A stretch of DNA of 64,000 nt from Eledone cirrhosa (GCA_964016885.1 OZ024740.1:150474001-150538000), one strand, 5' to 3'. Counted from the first letter of the stretch, positions 1 to 13,605 are shown. The notes: a model not told the origin generated them from the sequence alone. Program-made: numbers and translations.

Positions 1-67
1 CGTCAGCTTTATAGTATAGATAAACCCACCAACCTGCGCAATTCGTTGACTGCTCTACCTTGCATAC

Positions 68-425
<358 letters not shown>

Positions 426-429
426 ATGT

Positions 430-545
430 ATAATAAACAATACAATATAATTACCTCATTACCAGAGGTTTCCCGAATAAGACGAATACGAAAAACGTCC
501 TTCGTTCGTCGGATAATGAGGTAATTATATTGTATTGTTTATTAT
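430..545. repeat. Inverted repeat (~32 bp arms) with a possible decayed hammerhead-like interior
   Basis: ATAATAAACAATACAATATAATTACCTCATTA ... TAATGAGGTAATTATATTGTATTGTTTATTAT are reverse complements. Confidence 0.8.
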
Positions 546-759
546 ACAATAAATTTAGCTCTGGCACTTATATAGAGCACTCTTCACTCCTATGACTTTT
601 TCAATTTTCAATGGAAACTTTAATACACACACACACACATATATATATATATAGGAGGACGTTATAGTTCACTTGAAGCATTGTGTAATGAGGTATAAAC
701 GTTTGTATACAAAAATAAACGTTTGTATACAAAAAATAAACGTTTGTATACAAAAATTC

Positions 760-3108
760 TGCCTAAGAAAACTCATACAACACCTACACCGCACGCTAAA
801 ACAACACATACGGACTATTTCCAGCCCTGTACTACAACTCGCTGAAACCCCAGAACCTCTGTCTAGAGTTATCTCCGCCGCTATAGACAGGTCATACCAC
901 CATCGCCGAGACTACGAGAAAATACGCCTAACGCAAACATTTCTCAAACTCAGCACGGCTAACCGTCTTAACAACATCCCAACTCTAAGCACCAACAGAA
1001 GCGAACAAGACGGTACCAACACCGAACCTAGCGGCGCCCCGACCAACAACACACCTGACGCAAAACACCTCGTCACAGACTTGACAGGATCCCTCTCCCG
1101 AGAGGAATTAGACCTCCTCAGTCTGGGTCCCAAGTTCGTATTGAAACAGAGACTGGACGACAAATTATGGCTCGACATAGAAACGAATTTCTGTCGGGCT
1201 GCCTAACAACTAAAATGGATATCGACTCTCGGCAACAACACCACGGAACCTAACAAACCCAGATTCCCGATATACCAACTGGATCGCCCACTCTATCCAC
1301 CGCCTGCCAACCGCGAGCTTGTAGAAAAAATCTCGAGGCTAAAACATTCCGTATTTAACATCTTACGGAAACAGAAGAAGATAGCTCCAAACCTCTCCAG
1401 GACACAACAACTCGCCCTGAAAAACCTACGGAATAGGGAACTTATTTACTTACCATCCGACAAAGGTAAAGAGTTTTGCGTCATCTCTCAAGCCACATAC
1501 AACAACCTAGCCTTTGAACACCTAAGCGACAATGAACTATATACAGAGATCCCGGACATGACTGCAGCCCAGATCGAAAAACAGACCAACTCCATCTGGT
1601 TCGACATCTGTAGGAGAAGACAACTCCCAAATAAAGTTAAGCTCAACTACACTACTAGAAATAGCAGACTGCCCACTTTCTACCACCTCATCAAGACCCA
1701 CAAGAATAGTACTAAGACACAAATAAGACCCATCGTCTCTAGCATAGAAGGACCCCTATACACAATTTCCTGGCTCCTCTCCCAGGTCCTCAAGCCTCTA
1801 CTCTCCACCTTTCCCGGGCATGTCAGTAGCTCCGACGAAGTTATATGTAGACTACACCAACTCCAGCCAGAACAACTTAAACTAAACAGATACGCCTTTA
1901 GCCTCGACATGGTCTCCCTCTACACTACATTTCCCGCTCATCCAGCTGTCGATTTATTGACGGACTGCGTGGTCGCAGAGGACATCCACTGCTACGGCCT
2001 CCATCCGACGGACATACACCAGCTTTTGTCCTTCACAGTGGACAACACGTACTTCACCTTCCACCACCACACATACAGACAGACAACAGGATTACCCATG
2101 CGATCCAGCCTATCGGGCCTGCTGGCCATCACCAATATGAACCAGCTAGAATGCCGAGCCCTCAACACCTGCCATTCCCATACCTTCTTCACCCAATATG
2201 TAGATGACATACTCATCCTTACATCATCCCGTGAGAAGGCGGATAAAATATACACAACATTCTCCAGCATGGACGCCAGTATAAGGTTCAGCATGGAACA
2301 CCCCGATGACCGCGGATCCCTATCCCTACTGGACTTCCAACTCAGGGTAACAGAGGAAGGCACACATCCACACCTGCTTCTATAAAAACGCCGCCAGCAG
2401 GGACCTGTTCGTACATTTCAGATCGGCCCTCCCAGCCGGCGCCAAGTTCGGATACATAAGGAACGAATTAACACGTATCCGGAACAAATGCACCGACGCT
2501 AGAGACCGAGACACACACACACCACACATTTCCTGGAAGTACTCAAACTGAACAGATACACGACATCCACCACAAACCGTGCCAGAAAGAACAGAGGACA
2601 CCACACCCGAGGCACTAACACTTGTTTCCTGAAGCTCCCACACTTCAGTGACGAAACAACAACAGCCATCCGCAGAGCTATCAGACGAGAGGGACTAGAT
2701 ATCCAACTAGCCCACTCAGGTCCTTCTCTACGCGGACAGCTAACCAAAAGATACTCCACCAGACATGACAACCGCTGCAGGCTAGCCAACTGCCCCATCA
2801 ACGACACAGACCTATGCCACCAGGCTTACGTTGTATACAGACTAGAGTGCGACAAATGCAGCAACTTCTACGTAGGTAGCACCACCAGACCACTCCACAT
2901 AAGAATAAAAGAACACCTCAATACTAATGCTTCCTCATTTAAGAAACACCTAGTTAAATGCAAAAACACCGACAAAACCATAACAGTTAGGATAGAAACT
3001 AAGGAAAGAAACCTCGGCAATCTTAGAATTAAGGAAGCACTAATTATAGACAAAACACAACCACCAATCAATAATAGATTAGAACTCAACACCCAATTTA
3101 TAACTTGA
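760..3108 (+). pseudogene. Penelope-like element ORF (RT plus C-terminal GIY-YIG endonuclease), disrupted
   Basis: Motifs LLSLGPKF, LPSDKG, PTFYHLIKTHK, RPIVSS, SLDMVSLYT, QYVDD, LSLLD, then CRLANCP..VVYRLECDKCSNFYVGSTTRPLHIRIKEH..EALII..QPPIN. Stop at 1204-1206, frameshifts near 2385-2550, terminal TGA at 3106-3108. Confidence 0.92.
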
Positions 3109-3170
3109 TAGAGCTTCTAGCCCCATATTTACACCCCCCCACACACACACGCACGCACACACGCACACAC

Positions 3171-3219
<49 letters not shown>

Positions 3220-3544
3220 TACACCTCCACTTATTCTCTCTCACACACACACATACACACACACAAAGACCAGTTCTAACACGAGATAACATCTATCCCC
3301 CACATTTACGTATAGACATATCTTCTCACACTCACACACACACCCACACACACACATACTTACGCCTTCACGCATTCTCCCATACACTTAAACAGGCATG
3401 TACAATAAAACCCCTTTTAAAGGGAGACTACTCTTTATCCACCTAACCTTAACTCTTTGACATTAGAGATGGAACAGATACTCTATACCATTTCCTGTCA
3501 GCATGACTTGGCAAGCTATTTAGAACACTGGTTTAACCGCTTTA

Positions 3545-3585
3545 CTTCCCTCCGAAGAAGAGATATTATCTCGAAAATTAAGGAC
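3545..3585 (+). ncRNA. Degenerate minimal hammerhead ribozyme in the PLE 3' pLTR
   Basis: CCGAAGA (core CTGANGA with T>C), stem II GAGAT-att-ATCTC, GAAA, ATTA, AGGA. Lies just upstream of the tail that abuts (TA)n. Confidence 0.4.
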
Positions 3586-4665
3586 ATTTATATAGGTGTG
3601 GTATTTTTTTATTTAAAAAAGCTCATATATATATATATATATATATATATAAGAAAATGAGCTTTTTTAAACTTTTTTAAAGAAAAAATCGAGATGTACT
3701 GCACGGGTGAAAGTATAAGGAAAAGAAATCGAAAATGCAACTGGTAAAGGAAATAAATACATATTCTTAAAAAGACTCCAATTGCATTTTCGATTTCTTT
3801 TCCTTTTATATATATACGTTGGCCACTAAAATGTGGATAGTGTTTGTAGTAATAAAAATGTGAAGGCATACAACGTGTTCGGACTCCTGTCATTATACTT
3901 TATAATAAATATATATATTATATATATGTGGGTGTCGGTGGGGTGTATTAATCAATCAACCTGTAACCTGTGGCCCTTGGAGTAACACGTTGTTCAGACT
4001 AACTTTGCTTGAAAATTGACTAGTTAATCAATTTTCCCCTCCATTCATTTTTGAATATATTCTGTCAATTGCAGCCTATTTACTTTGGACTTCACTATAA
4101 TACACTCGAGTACGGGACCGGTTGAGGAAAAAACCACACAAATTTAACCTTAAACTCAAAAACGCATATATTCACACGAATATAATCTCGTAAATCCGAA
4201 CAATTGGAGATATTTAAAATAAAAAATAACTGCCTTTATTTAACAAGTCTTCTTATTATTGCAATATTAATATGATTGTTTGTATTTTCTCTCAAATTCT
4301 TTGCTAGACAATATTTTTATAGCTATCCATCGCTTTAAGTACCTTCACGGCAGACTGACCTGTCTCAAAGGCGACCGATAGATTAGAATCTTTAGATCTC
4401 CATGATAGCGTAGCCAAACATATAATTAAGGAGTGGTACTTTTGGGGAAGGTGTGTGTGCCGCCACTGGGCTGCACTTAGCCCCTACACTACACCTACCA
4501 GCCCTAGAAGCTAGCATCAAGTAGCATTCGAGGACGGCCTCATACTAATATAACAGTTTTTTTTACGGCAGTCCCTGAATCGAATTTTCAATTCTCTATT
4601 CTCTTTTCCCTATCTTCCATTATATGTTTGGGTTCAAAGTGACCCTGTTAAGTAATTCTGCGTAA

Positions 4666-4740
4666 GTTGCCTGATGAGATCGTCCCGTCTAGCATCAACA
4701 TTGCATAATTAAGCTTGGCCATCGAAATATATATAGTGAT
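4666..4740 (+). ncRNA. Type I hammerhead ribozyme, partly decayed
   Basis: GTTGC-CTGATGA-GAT(cgtc..ggcc)ATC-GAAA-TATATA-TA-GTGAT. Stem I pairs only with several G-U wobbles; stem III is palindromic. Confidence 0.55.
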
Positions 4741-4945
4741 AATACAGAATTAAAATTTTAAAGCAAATTTTCCAGTCCGGCCTTCTGTTTAACAAATACC
4801 TTACTCCGTTCCTGCACCAACCACGGGATACCACATCTATGATGGATGACTTGCATAATATTGAGTGGTTTGATTGATTTGTTACATCATGGCTTACCAA
4901 CCAGAACCACCAGTTCTACCCTTCGGAAATCGAACTAACTTAAAT

Positions 4946-4999
<54 letters not shown>

Positions 5000-5004
5000 C
5001 ATAC

Positions 5005-5335
5005 ATTATAAAGAACGAGGAATCAGTGTTGCATCATATCACATTTATTAACATATTACATATGTTTCTCCGTCGATCAGCTCGAGGCAAGATCCGTTAC
5101 AGATCGAACCCGACTCTGCATTCTCAAGATCCTTCGAATGCAGAGTCGGATTCGATCTGTAACAAATCTTGCCTCGAGCTGATCGACGGCGAAACATATG
5201 TAATATGTTAATAAATGTGATATGATGCAACACTGATTCTTCGTTCCTTATAATATTATACTCTACTCTGCGCGAGCATCTAGTGCTCAACCGGCATACC
5301 GCCCACGGCGCATTTACCCTGCAACCCGACAACTA
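5005..5335. mobile_element. Fold-back non-autonomous element in (TA)n with ~110 bp inverted arms and a core-deleted hammerhead-like motif
   Basis: 5005-5113 is the reverse complement of 5126-5252. The tail 5250-5335 matches 13501-13590 in reverse. Another fragment is at 8614-8665. Confidence 0.8.
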
Positions 5336-5505
5336 TATATATATATATTAGAATTGGTGCTCTGAAATAACGATGTATATATGAATGTATATATAGTATA
5401 TTTGGCAATACACTATATGCTTAATTAAAAGCATTTTGAAGACCTTACGCTATTGTTTTAAAGTAGTGACTATGTCACTTCTTTTTTCAACAAACAAAGG
5501 GAGAT

Positions 5506-5551
5506 AAGCTGACAGATCTCTGTTTCATACTGTTGGTATTCATCAGAGTTT
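5506..5551 (-). ncRNA. Minimal type I hammerhead ribozyme
   Basis: Minus strand reads AAACT-CTGATGA-ATAC caaca GTAT-GAAA-CAGAGATCTG-TC-AGCTT; one stem I mismatch. Confidence 0.75.
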
Positions 5552-5700
5552 AGCACTCCCCGTCGTCTGTTGAAAATTATAAATGTTGGATTCTTATAGA
5601 ATTTCAGTAATAATCAGGAACTGATTACACAGAGCGGTTGCCGGTCCAGCAAAAATTGAAAATTGAAAATTAGAATTTTCAACAGACGACGGGGAGTGCT

Positions 5701-5746
5701 AAGCTCTGATGAATACCAACAGTATGAAACAGAGATCTGTCAGCTT
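5701..5746 (+). ncRNA. Minimal type I hammerhead ribozyme
   Basis: AAGCT-CTGATGA-ATAC caaca GTAT-GAAA-CAGA ga TCTG-TC-AGCTT. All stems pair; GUC cleavage triplet ends at 5741. Confidence 0.85.
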
Positions 5747-5859
5747 ATCTCCCTTTGTTTGTTGAAAAAAGAAGTAAGTGACATAGTCATTACTTTAAAA
5801 CAATAGTGTAAGGTCTTCAAAATGCTTTTAATTAAGCATACAGTGTATTACCAAATATA

Positions 5860-5931
<72 letters not shown>

Positions 5932-5986
5932 GTATGTATATATATATACATATATATATATATACATATATATACTACACACACAA

Positions 5987-6148
<162 letters not shown>

Positions 6149-6332
6149 TAACTAATACCTTAACAACTTCACACAAAGTAAAATATTTTGTTTTAAACCG
6201 GAAAAAAAGAGAAAAAGTAAAAAGTAAAAAAATATTTTTCTTCCTAATAATCGTCTTTTTCTCCCTAGTTTCATATATATATATAGGCAAAACGATTAAT
6301 GAAAGAGTTACAAGCCGTTAAAACATCTTTAT

Positions 6333-6372
6333 GCTCTTACACATGTTTCGCCCAATGGGGCTCGTCTGAGAC
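6333..6372 (-). ncRNA. Degenerate minimal hammerhead in an inverted segment upstream of the second PLE
   Basis: Minus strand reads TCT-CAGACGA (T>A in core)-GCCC catt GGGC-GAAA-CATGTG-TA-AGA. Confidence 0.6.
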
Positions 6373-6999
6373 AGATACTAAGGCAAAGTTTTTAATTAAA
6401 TACCCTATACGGATAGAATAATACTTTAACATCAGAATGCCTGTTATACATACGTTGTTAAGTATAGAAAAATGGTGGAAAGATATTTGTATGCTAAGGG
6501 AGGTAATTACCGGTGCTAGTGTAATGTTACTTGTCAAACTAATGACCGCTTCCGGCATAGTAAGAAATTTTATTTATTATTTAAAGGGAGTTAACGTAAG
6601 TAGGATTAGTCAACTCAATGTAATTAGGCGGTGTTAAGGTGTGAGTATGAGTATAAATTATTAGTAAAGTCATTAAAGACTATAGACAAGTTTAACTAGT
6701 GCAAAGTGGCAATTTCAGTGTGAGCTTGAAGGCCTAGAAAGGTAAAGTCACTTTAGATGGAATTTGTATAATTATATGATCAGTTGTCTAAGAAGTTGCT
6801 TGGGTATAAGCGGCAGTTCTGTAAAATTACAAAAAGATCTGTCTGGCAGTGTGGAAGAATATAGCGGGGTAAGCTCAGCTGAATATATGCAGTGCAGCTT
6901 CCTGGAGGGAGAACAGAGGGTGGATGATGGTGTTGTTCCAAGTTGTTTAATGGTAAGTCCACCGCCCGTATGTCGGACCAGGGCATGGTTTTGAGAGCC

Positions 7000-8570
7000 T
7001 CGGGTGTTATGACATTAATAGATTAGGCAAAGATATTGTAACTAGCTTAGATATAGATAAATACACTAACCATTATGTACCTATGACACCAACATTTTCT
7101 CTTAAGGATCACAAATATAATTTTAATGAAAGCCCCTCTATTAGATTAATATGTCCCTCCACTTCAGATATAGGTAAAATTAGCAAAGTGATCCTCGATA
7201 GGATAATACTCAAACTCAATAGTAAAGCTAAGGTCTATCTCTGGAACAATACCGAGCAGGTCATTAAATGGTTCACAGATCTACCTGATAAGGCATCTCT
7301 GAAATTTATCTAGTTTGACATAGACAATTACTATGCCTCTATTTCCCCCATACTCTTAAATAAGGCCCTCATCTTAGCTAGATCTAACACTAGTTTAACA
7401 AAAAGAGAAATAGATATAGTGCTTGCAGCGCGGAGAACTATTGTTCATTACGAGGGTTCCTACTGGACCAGAACCAACCGTCCTTATAACTTTGATATCA
7501 CGATGGGGTCAAGTGACTCGGCGCAGGCAACCGACCTGGTCAGAATTTACCTCCTGCATAGGCTTAGAGATGAGAGCCATGTACTACAAGAAGGGGTGTG
7601 TATATAGGGACGATGCCCTATTTACTGTAAAGAACCATAGCCCCCGTAGGATAGAAAACCTTAATAAACTTATACTCAAGTTCTTTAAATCGTACGGCCT
7701 CTCTGTAACTATCGACCAGAACCATCATATAGTTAACTTCTTAGATGTTACCTTAGAATTAGGTACTGGCTTATACAGACCTTACCATAAGCCAGGCGAG
7801 ATTTTATCTTACATCAATTATGCTTCTAACCACCCTAAATCTACGCTCAACTCTATTGTGCATAGCATCTCACATAGAATCTCTAGGCTTTCTGCTAATG
7901 AAGACCTTTTCAACCAAACTGCTGGTTATTATAACAAGGTATTGGCTGATTCAGGTTATAACAGCAAAATGTCATACCTCCATGATGCAGGCTCTATAAA
8001 GCCCCCCTCATGTAGGACTAGTGTTATAGCGAGCAATACCTATAACCAACGCCACAGTGGCCCAGATAGCGTAACAAATATTAGAAGAGATAATAGTGCC
8101 ACTAGCTACGGCCCGCATCGTAACTATAAAGCTAGCGGGACGGGTGTATTACCACACCCACACCATCATAGTCCGGCTAATAGTAGCAACTACAGCCTAC
8201 TTGAATTATACCCTGCTTACAGGCTTAATAAAGGTAATGGTTTATTACCTACATCTGCTAACCCGCCTAGGGTAACTCAGAACCGCCGCACTGGGACAGT
8301 CTGGGCACTCAGACATAATACCAACAGAGCACACATTATATAGCAGCCCTATAACCCAGATAGGGACACCCACCTTGGCAACAACGCCTATAGTAACCCC
8401 AGAACTACGCGTAACCGCCACCGTAATGTCCTCTCGGAGTGTGACCTCCAATTTACCCAGAATCTTCTTCGACCCCTTAGAGAAGAACATTCCACCTAAC
8501 CACAGATATAGAAAAATCCTCAATAAGAATAATGTAAAATCTCCTATTCTACTACACATAATCTAGCTGA
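7000..8570 (+). pseudogene. Neptune-type Penelope-like element RT fragment, 5' and 3' truncated
   Basis: FSLKDHK.NF..PSIRLICP..SDIGKISKVILD, FDIDNYYASI, FDITMGSSDSA, YRDD, VNFLDVTL, YRPYHKP, SNHP, IPPNHRYRKILNKNNVK; contains stops and frameshifts. Confidence 0.9.
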
Positions 8571-8735
8571 CCTCATAGCAATAAGTAGCGACAACAAGCT
8601 CACTAGTATAAAACAGCTCGAGGCAAGATCTGTTACAGATCGAACCCGACTCTGCATTCGAAGGAACTTACAATAAGCATTTTACTGCTTTCCTAACGAT
8701 ATATATATATATGTATATATAAATATATGTATATA

Positions 8736-9267
8736 TACAGCGAATTTTTTAAAATTTATTTTAAAACTTTTTCTCTATTTGCTAGACCTTGATTTTATAT
8801 GTTCTGGCTTGTTAATTTATTAACCCGCCATAGAACCACATTGGCATACGGTTGGATAATACTTGTTTCCCTATATGTATTTTTTACAAGTAGGAATTCA
8901 TACTTTATTATTATTAATCTCCCCCCTAAGGTAGAGATAACATTTTTGCTGCTATTTCTAGTGGCAGGACATTGACTTGTCCACCCTGCTTTTTGTCTTT
9001 GCACACGGCACCAGACAGAATTATTTCTTTCATCATCCGGTCTCATTTGGGAATGGTTTTGTATGGCGTCAGTTTGTGATTTGAATTCGGGAATTTTATA
9101 TTCTCCAAGGGAGAAGAGCCTTCTGAAGATAGCTCCATTCTCAATGGAAGTCCGCTTGGATTTTCCGTTTATTCTGGAGCTTGAAACCGCGGTAAAGGCA
9201 CATATAATAAGTACAGCGAATTCTTTAAAAGTTATTTTAAAACTTTTTCACTATTTGCTAGACCTTG

Positions 9268-9270
<3 letters not shown>
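8736..9270 (+). mobile_element. ~476 bp non-coding HHR element with ~58 bp terminal direct redundancy, inserted in (TA)n (non-autonomous PLE/retrozyme-like)
   Basis: 8736-8794 is repeated at 9212-9270; intact HHR at 9118-9199; homologous to 10163-10718 in opposite orientation. Confidence 0.85.
9118..9199 (+). ncRNA. Type I hammerhead ribozyme with extended stem II
   Basis: GCCTT-CTGAAGA-t-AGCTCCA...TGGAGCT-t-GAAA-CCGCGG-TA-AAGGC. Perfect stem I, palindromic stem III, GUA triplet. Confidence 0.9.
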
Positions 9271-9307
<37 letters not shown>

Positions 9308-9377
9308 TGGAACAAGTAAACATTAAACAATCATTTAAATAAATTAAAATACGATTTAAATATTTACCTCTTCTAAT

Positions 9378-9457
9378 GCCATGACCGACGGTTTCGCTGA
9401 TCAAAAGATTGGAAATTCAGAGAATTTCCAATGGAAAGATACAGCTCTTCAGATAGC
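9378..9457 (-). ncRNA. Type I hammerhead ribozyme
   Basis: Minus strand reads GCTAT-CTGAAGA-GCTG...(ATTGGAAATTC tct GAATTTCCAAT)...CAGC-GAAA-CCG t CGG-TC-ATGGC. Confidence 0.9.
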
Positions 9458-9842
9458 TTTTCCAAATCTACTAGACATAAATCCAAGTAGAAGTAGATGT
9501 ATCGCTTTCTGCCCGGTGTATGAAATCAAGCTGTTAAAATGACCCACACACAAATAGGCCCTAAGAAAAAGCGGGAATTATAGACTCGTTGATATTTCAT
9601 GTTACTAGAAATACCAGCATGATACAACATTTTTTTCTCTACATTAAGGAGAATTCAAATAAATGATATAGATATTCCAGTAGGTATTAAGTACTCACGG
9701 AAATATATATGGTGTCTATAATAGTGGTTGTTCTATGGTAGTAATTTGAGATACCAGAACTGTAAATATGAGCGGAACAAGTAAACATTAAACAATCTTT
9801 TAAATAAATTAAAATACGATTTAAATATTTACCTCTTCTAAT

Positions 9843-9922
9843 GCCATGACCGACGGTTTCGCTGATCAAAAGATTGGGAATTAAGAGAATTTCCAATGGA
9901 AAGATACAGCTCTTCAGATAGC
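9843..9922 (-). ncRNA. Type I hammerhead ribozyme (second tandem copy)
   Basis: Same fold as 9378-9457; substitutions fall only in the distal stem II extension. Confidence 0.9.
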
Positions 9923-10005
9923 TTTTCCAAACCTACTAGACATAAATCTAAGTAGAAGTAGATGTATCGCTTTCTGCCCAGTGTATGAAATCAAATACCT
10001 ACTGG

Positions 10006-10800
<795 letters not shown>

Positions 10801-10805
10801 TATAT

Positions 10806-10862
<57 letters not shown>

Positions 10863-10870
10863 AATATATA

Positions 10871-10905
<35 letters not shown>

Positions 10906-10984
10906 CTTAAGGTAAATATTGATGCAATTCAATTCACCATTCAACGTACTTTATCCACATAGGAGTGACGGAGTATATTTCGAA

Positions 10985-12009
10985 TAAGAAAAAGCGAAGT
11001 AGTTTCAGATGTTAAAGTCCTTTAATGATAATGATGTGATACATATTTCAATGACGACAGTGGCCACATGGTTCGGTGCGCCAGTGCCGTGACATCATCA
11101 GACTGCTTGTTACATAATAAGGTTATGTTTCCAAGGCAATCCAAATTGAATCGACATGGGAACGGACAAAGCGTGTGCTCTTGGGTTCTTCGCCCGTTAC
11201 CTTGTGAGTCCCAATTCACCCCCACCAGTCTGCGTAGGCGCAGGTCCGAAGGAAGTTGACCATCAACTAATATATCTCCAATATTGATCCCCCTTTAAAA
11301 CTTCTTAATATAATTTAAACATCTCCCTATTTACTAGCGATTATATGTACATATATTTCTTTACTTACTTCAATCTAGATTCTAACTTGTAATTTTCTTA
11401 ATTTTTTAAAAATTTTTTTAAATTTTTAAATTTTTAAATTTTAAAATTAAAAATTTTTGATTTTTATTTTTTATTTTTAATTTACAACTCTCATTCATAA
11501 TCTTCACTGTGAAACCATGATACCTAGAAATAAGTATATTTTCTCTTAGCGGGCCATGGTCAATTCTACTGTCCATGCTTAATTTAGACGTAGTATTGAG
11601 ACCTATTAATACTCATACTCTCCCACCCCCACTGATTTCGGCCGGCTAGTAGTAAACTATAACCGTGTCATATTACAGGCTGGATGGGGTCATTGTTTAG
11701 GTGAGGGGGGGGGGGGGGGCTGTCTAGGCGAGTTTCGTAGAACTCTGCAGTAGTTGATGGTCAATTCCTTCGGACCTGCGCCTGCGCAGACCGGTGGGGG
11801 TGAATTAGGACTCAAGGGAACGAGTGAAGGACCCAAGAGCACACGCTTTGTCCATTCACATGTTGATATAATTTGGATTGCCACGGAAACATAACCTTAT
11901 CATGTAACAAGCTGACGCACCAAACCGTGTGGCCACTGTCGTCATTGAAATATGTATCACAGCATTATCATTAAAGGACTTTAACATCTGAAACTACTTC
12001 GCTTTTTCT

Positions 12010-12013
<4 letters not shown>
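10985..12013. mobile_element. Fold-back element with ~270-285 bp diverged inverted arms; decayed HHR on the minus strand at ~11033-11107
   Basis: 10985-11269 aligns to the reverse complement of 11750-12013. Minus strand reads CTGATGA-TGTCACGGCA..TGTCGTCATT-GAAA-TATGTA-TC. The right arm has lost the CTGATGA segment. Confidence 0.8.
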
Positions 12014-12102
<89 letters not shown>

Positions 12103-12104
12103 GA

Positions 12105-12178
<74 letters not shown>

Positions 12179-12207
12179 CATTTATATATATATATATGTA
12201 CATACGC

Positions 12208-12240
<33 letters not shown>

Positions 12241-12459
12241 TGTATGTATGTATGAATGCATGCACGTGTGTATGTATGTGTAAATGCATACATTTTATTT
12301 ACGCATACACACGCAATTCATTGGAGCACTAAATCCCCAAAATGTCCTATCGGGGCACGTGCGCACGCACATACGCTCGCGCGCACACGCACACGCACTG
12401 AAACACACGCATTCACACCACTCACACACAGACTCAAACACACATACACTCACAGACGC

Positions 12460-12492
<33 letters not shown>

Positions 12493-12706
12493 GCGTTTGT
12501 ATGCGTAACCATTTTGTGTGTATATATATATATATATATGTAAATATATATATATACAGAGATTGATATAAATAAAATCATATGTATATAGATATATCTG
12601 GTCTTATTTATTTACATGTATTATGCTGAAGCACATTTTTAAGCTGTGAGGAACAAAATATTCTAGTATCTCCTTGAAGAAAATTCAATCTTACTTATAT
12701 ACATAT

Positions 12707-12896
<190 letters not shown>

Positions 12897-12927
12897 ATAT
12901 ATATATATACATACACATATATATATG

Positions 12928-12986
<59 letters not shown>

Positions 12987-13225
12987 GTTTATATATATAT
13001 ATGAGAGTATATTATTATCATTATTATTGTTATTAAACTTTCGTGAGTATTATTTTGTAGCCGATGCTGCGTGTTTTCTGGGTTCTGAATTTGAACCTGT
13101 CGAGAAGATTATTAAGTAAGCTTAAAAGTGAAATTCTTCTAATAAGATTATTGAAACTATAGCGGAAAATAAACAAGATTTGGCAACTTTACTCCATTCT
13201 TTATATCTACCAACAATCCCCCCCC

Positions 13226-13355
<130 letters not shown>

Positions 13356-13438
13356 GTCCCCGTAAATACTTTTATTGGAATCTATCCCCAGAAACGTAAA
13401 GAACATCATGCAAATCTGTAAAAAGTCGCAGTTAAATC

Positions 13439-13500
<62 letters not shown>

Positions 13501-13505
<5 letters not shown>

Positions 13506-13605
13506 GTCGAGTTGCAGGTAAATGCGTCCGTAGGCGGTATGCCGTTTGAGCACTGGATGCTCGTGCAGAGCTGAGTATAATATTATAAAGAACGAGGAAT
13601 CAGAG

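Larger units (their letters stand above)
5394..5862. mobile_element. Fold-back element with ~185 bp inverted arms, each carrying a hammerhead ribozyme
   Basis: 5394-5578 is the reverse complement of 5674-5862 with few mismatches; flanked by TA/CA repeats. Confidence 0.85.

Noticed and set aside
1-60. CGTCAGC at the window start, possibly the 3' end of a hammerhead
   Set aside because: The core would lie outside the window, so it cannot be supported.
697-757. Three tandem ~21 bp repeats (AAACGTTTGTATACAAAAAT) as a CRISPR-like array
   Set aside because: No spacers and a eukaryotic context; simple slippage repeat at the PLE 5' junction.
5506-5746. Ambisense hammerheads as an integrated viroid-like agent
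   Set aside because: The two HHRs are near-identical inverted duplicates of one sequence rather than distinct plus and minus ribozymes; PLE-type inversion explains them.
11775-11790. TGCGCCTGCGCA NRF1-like motif as a promoter
   Set aside because: Single short motif inside a repeat; no supporting evidence.
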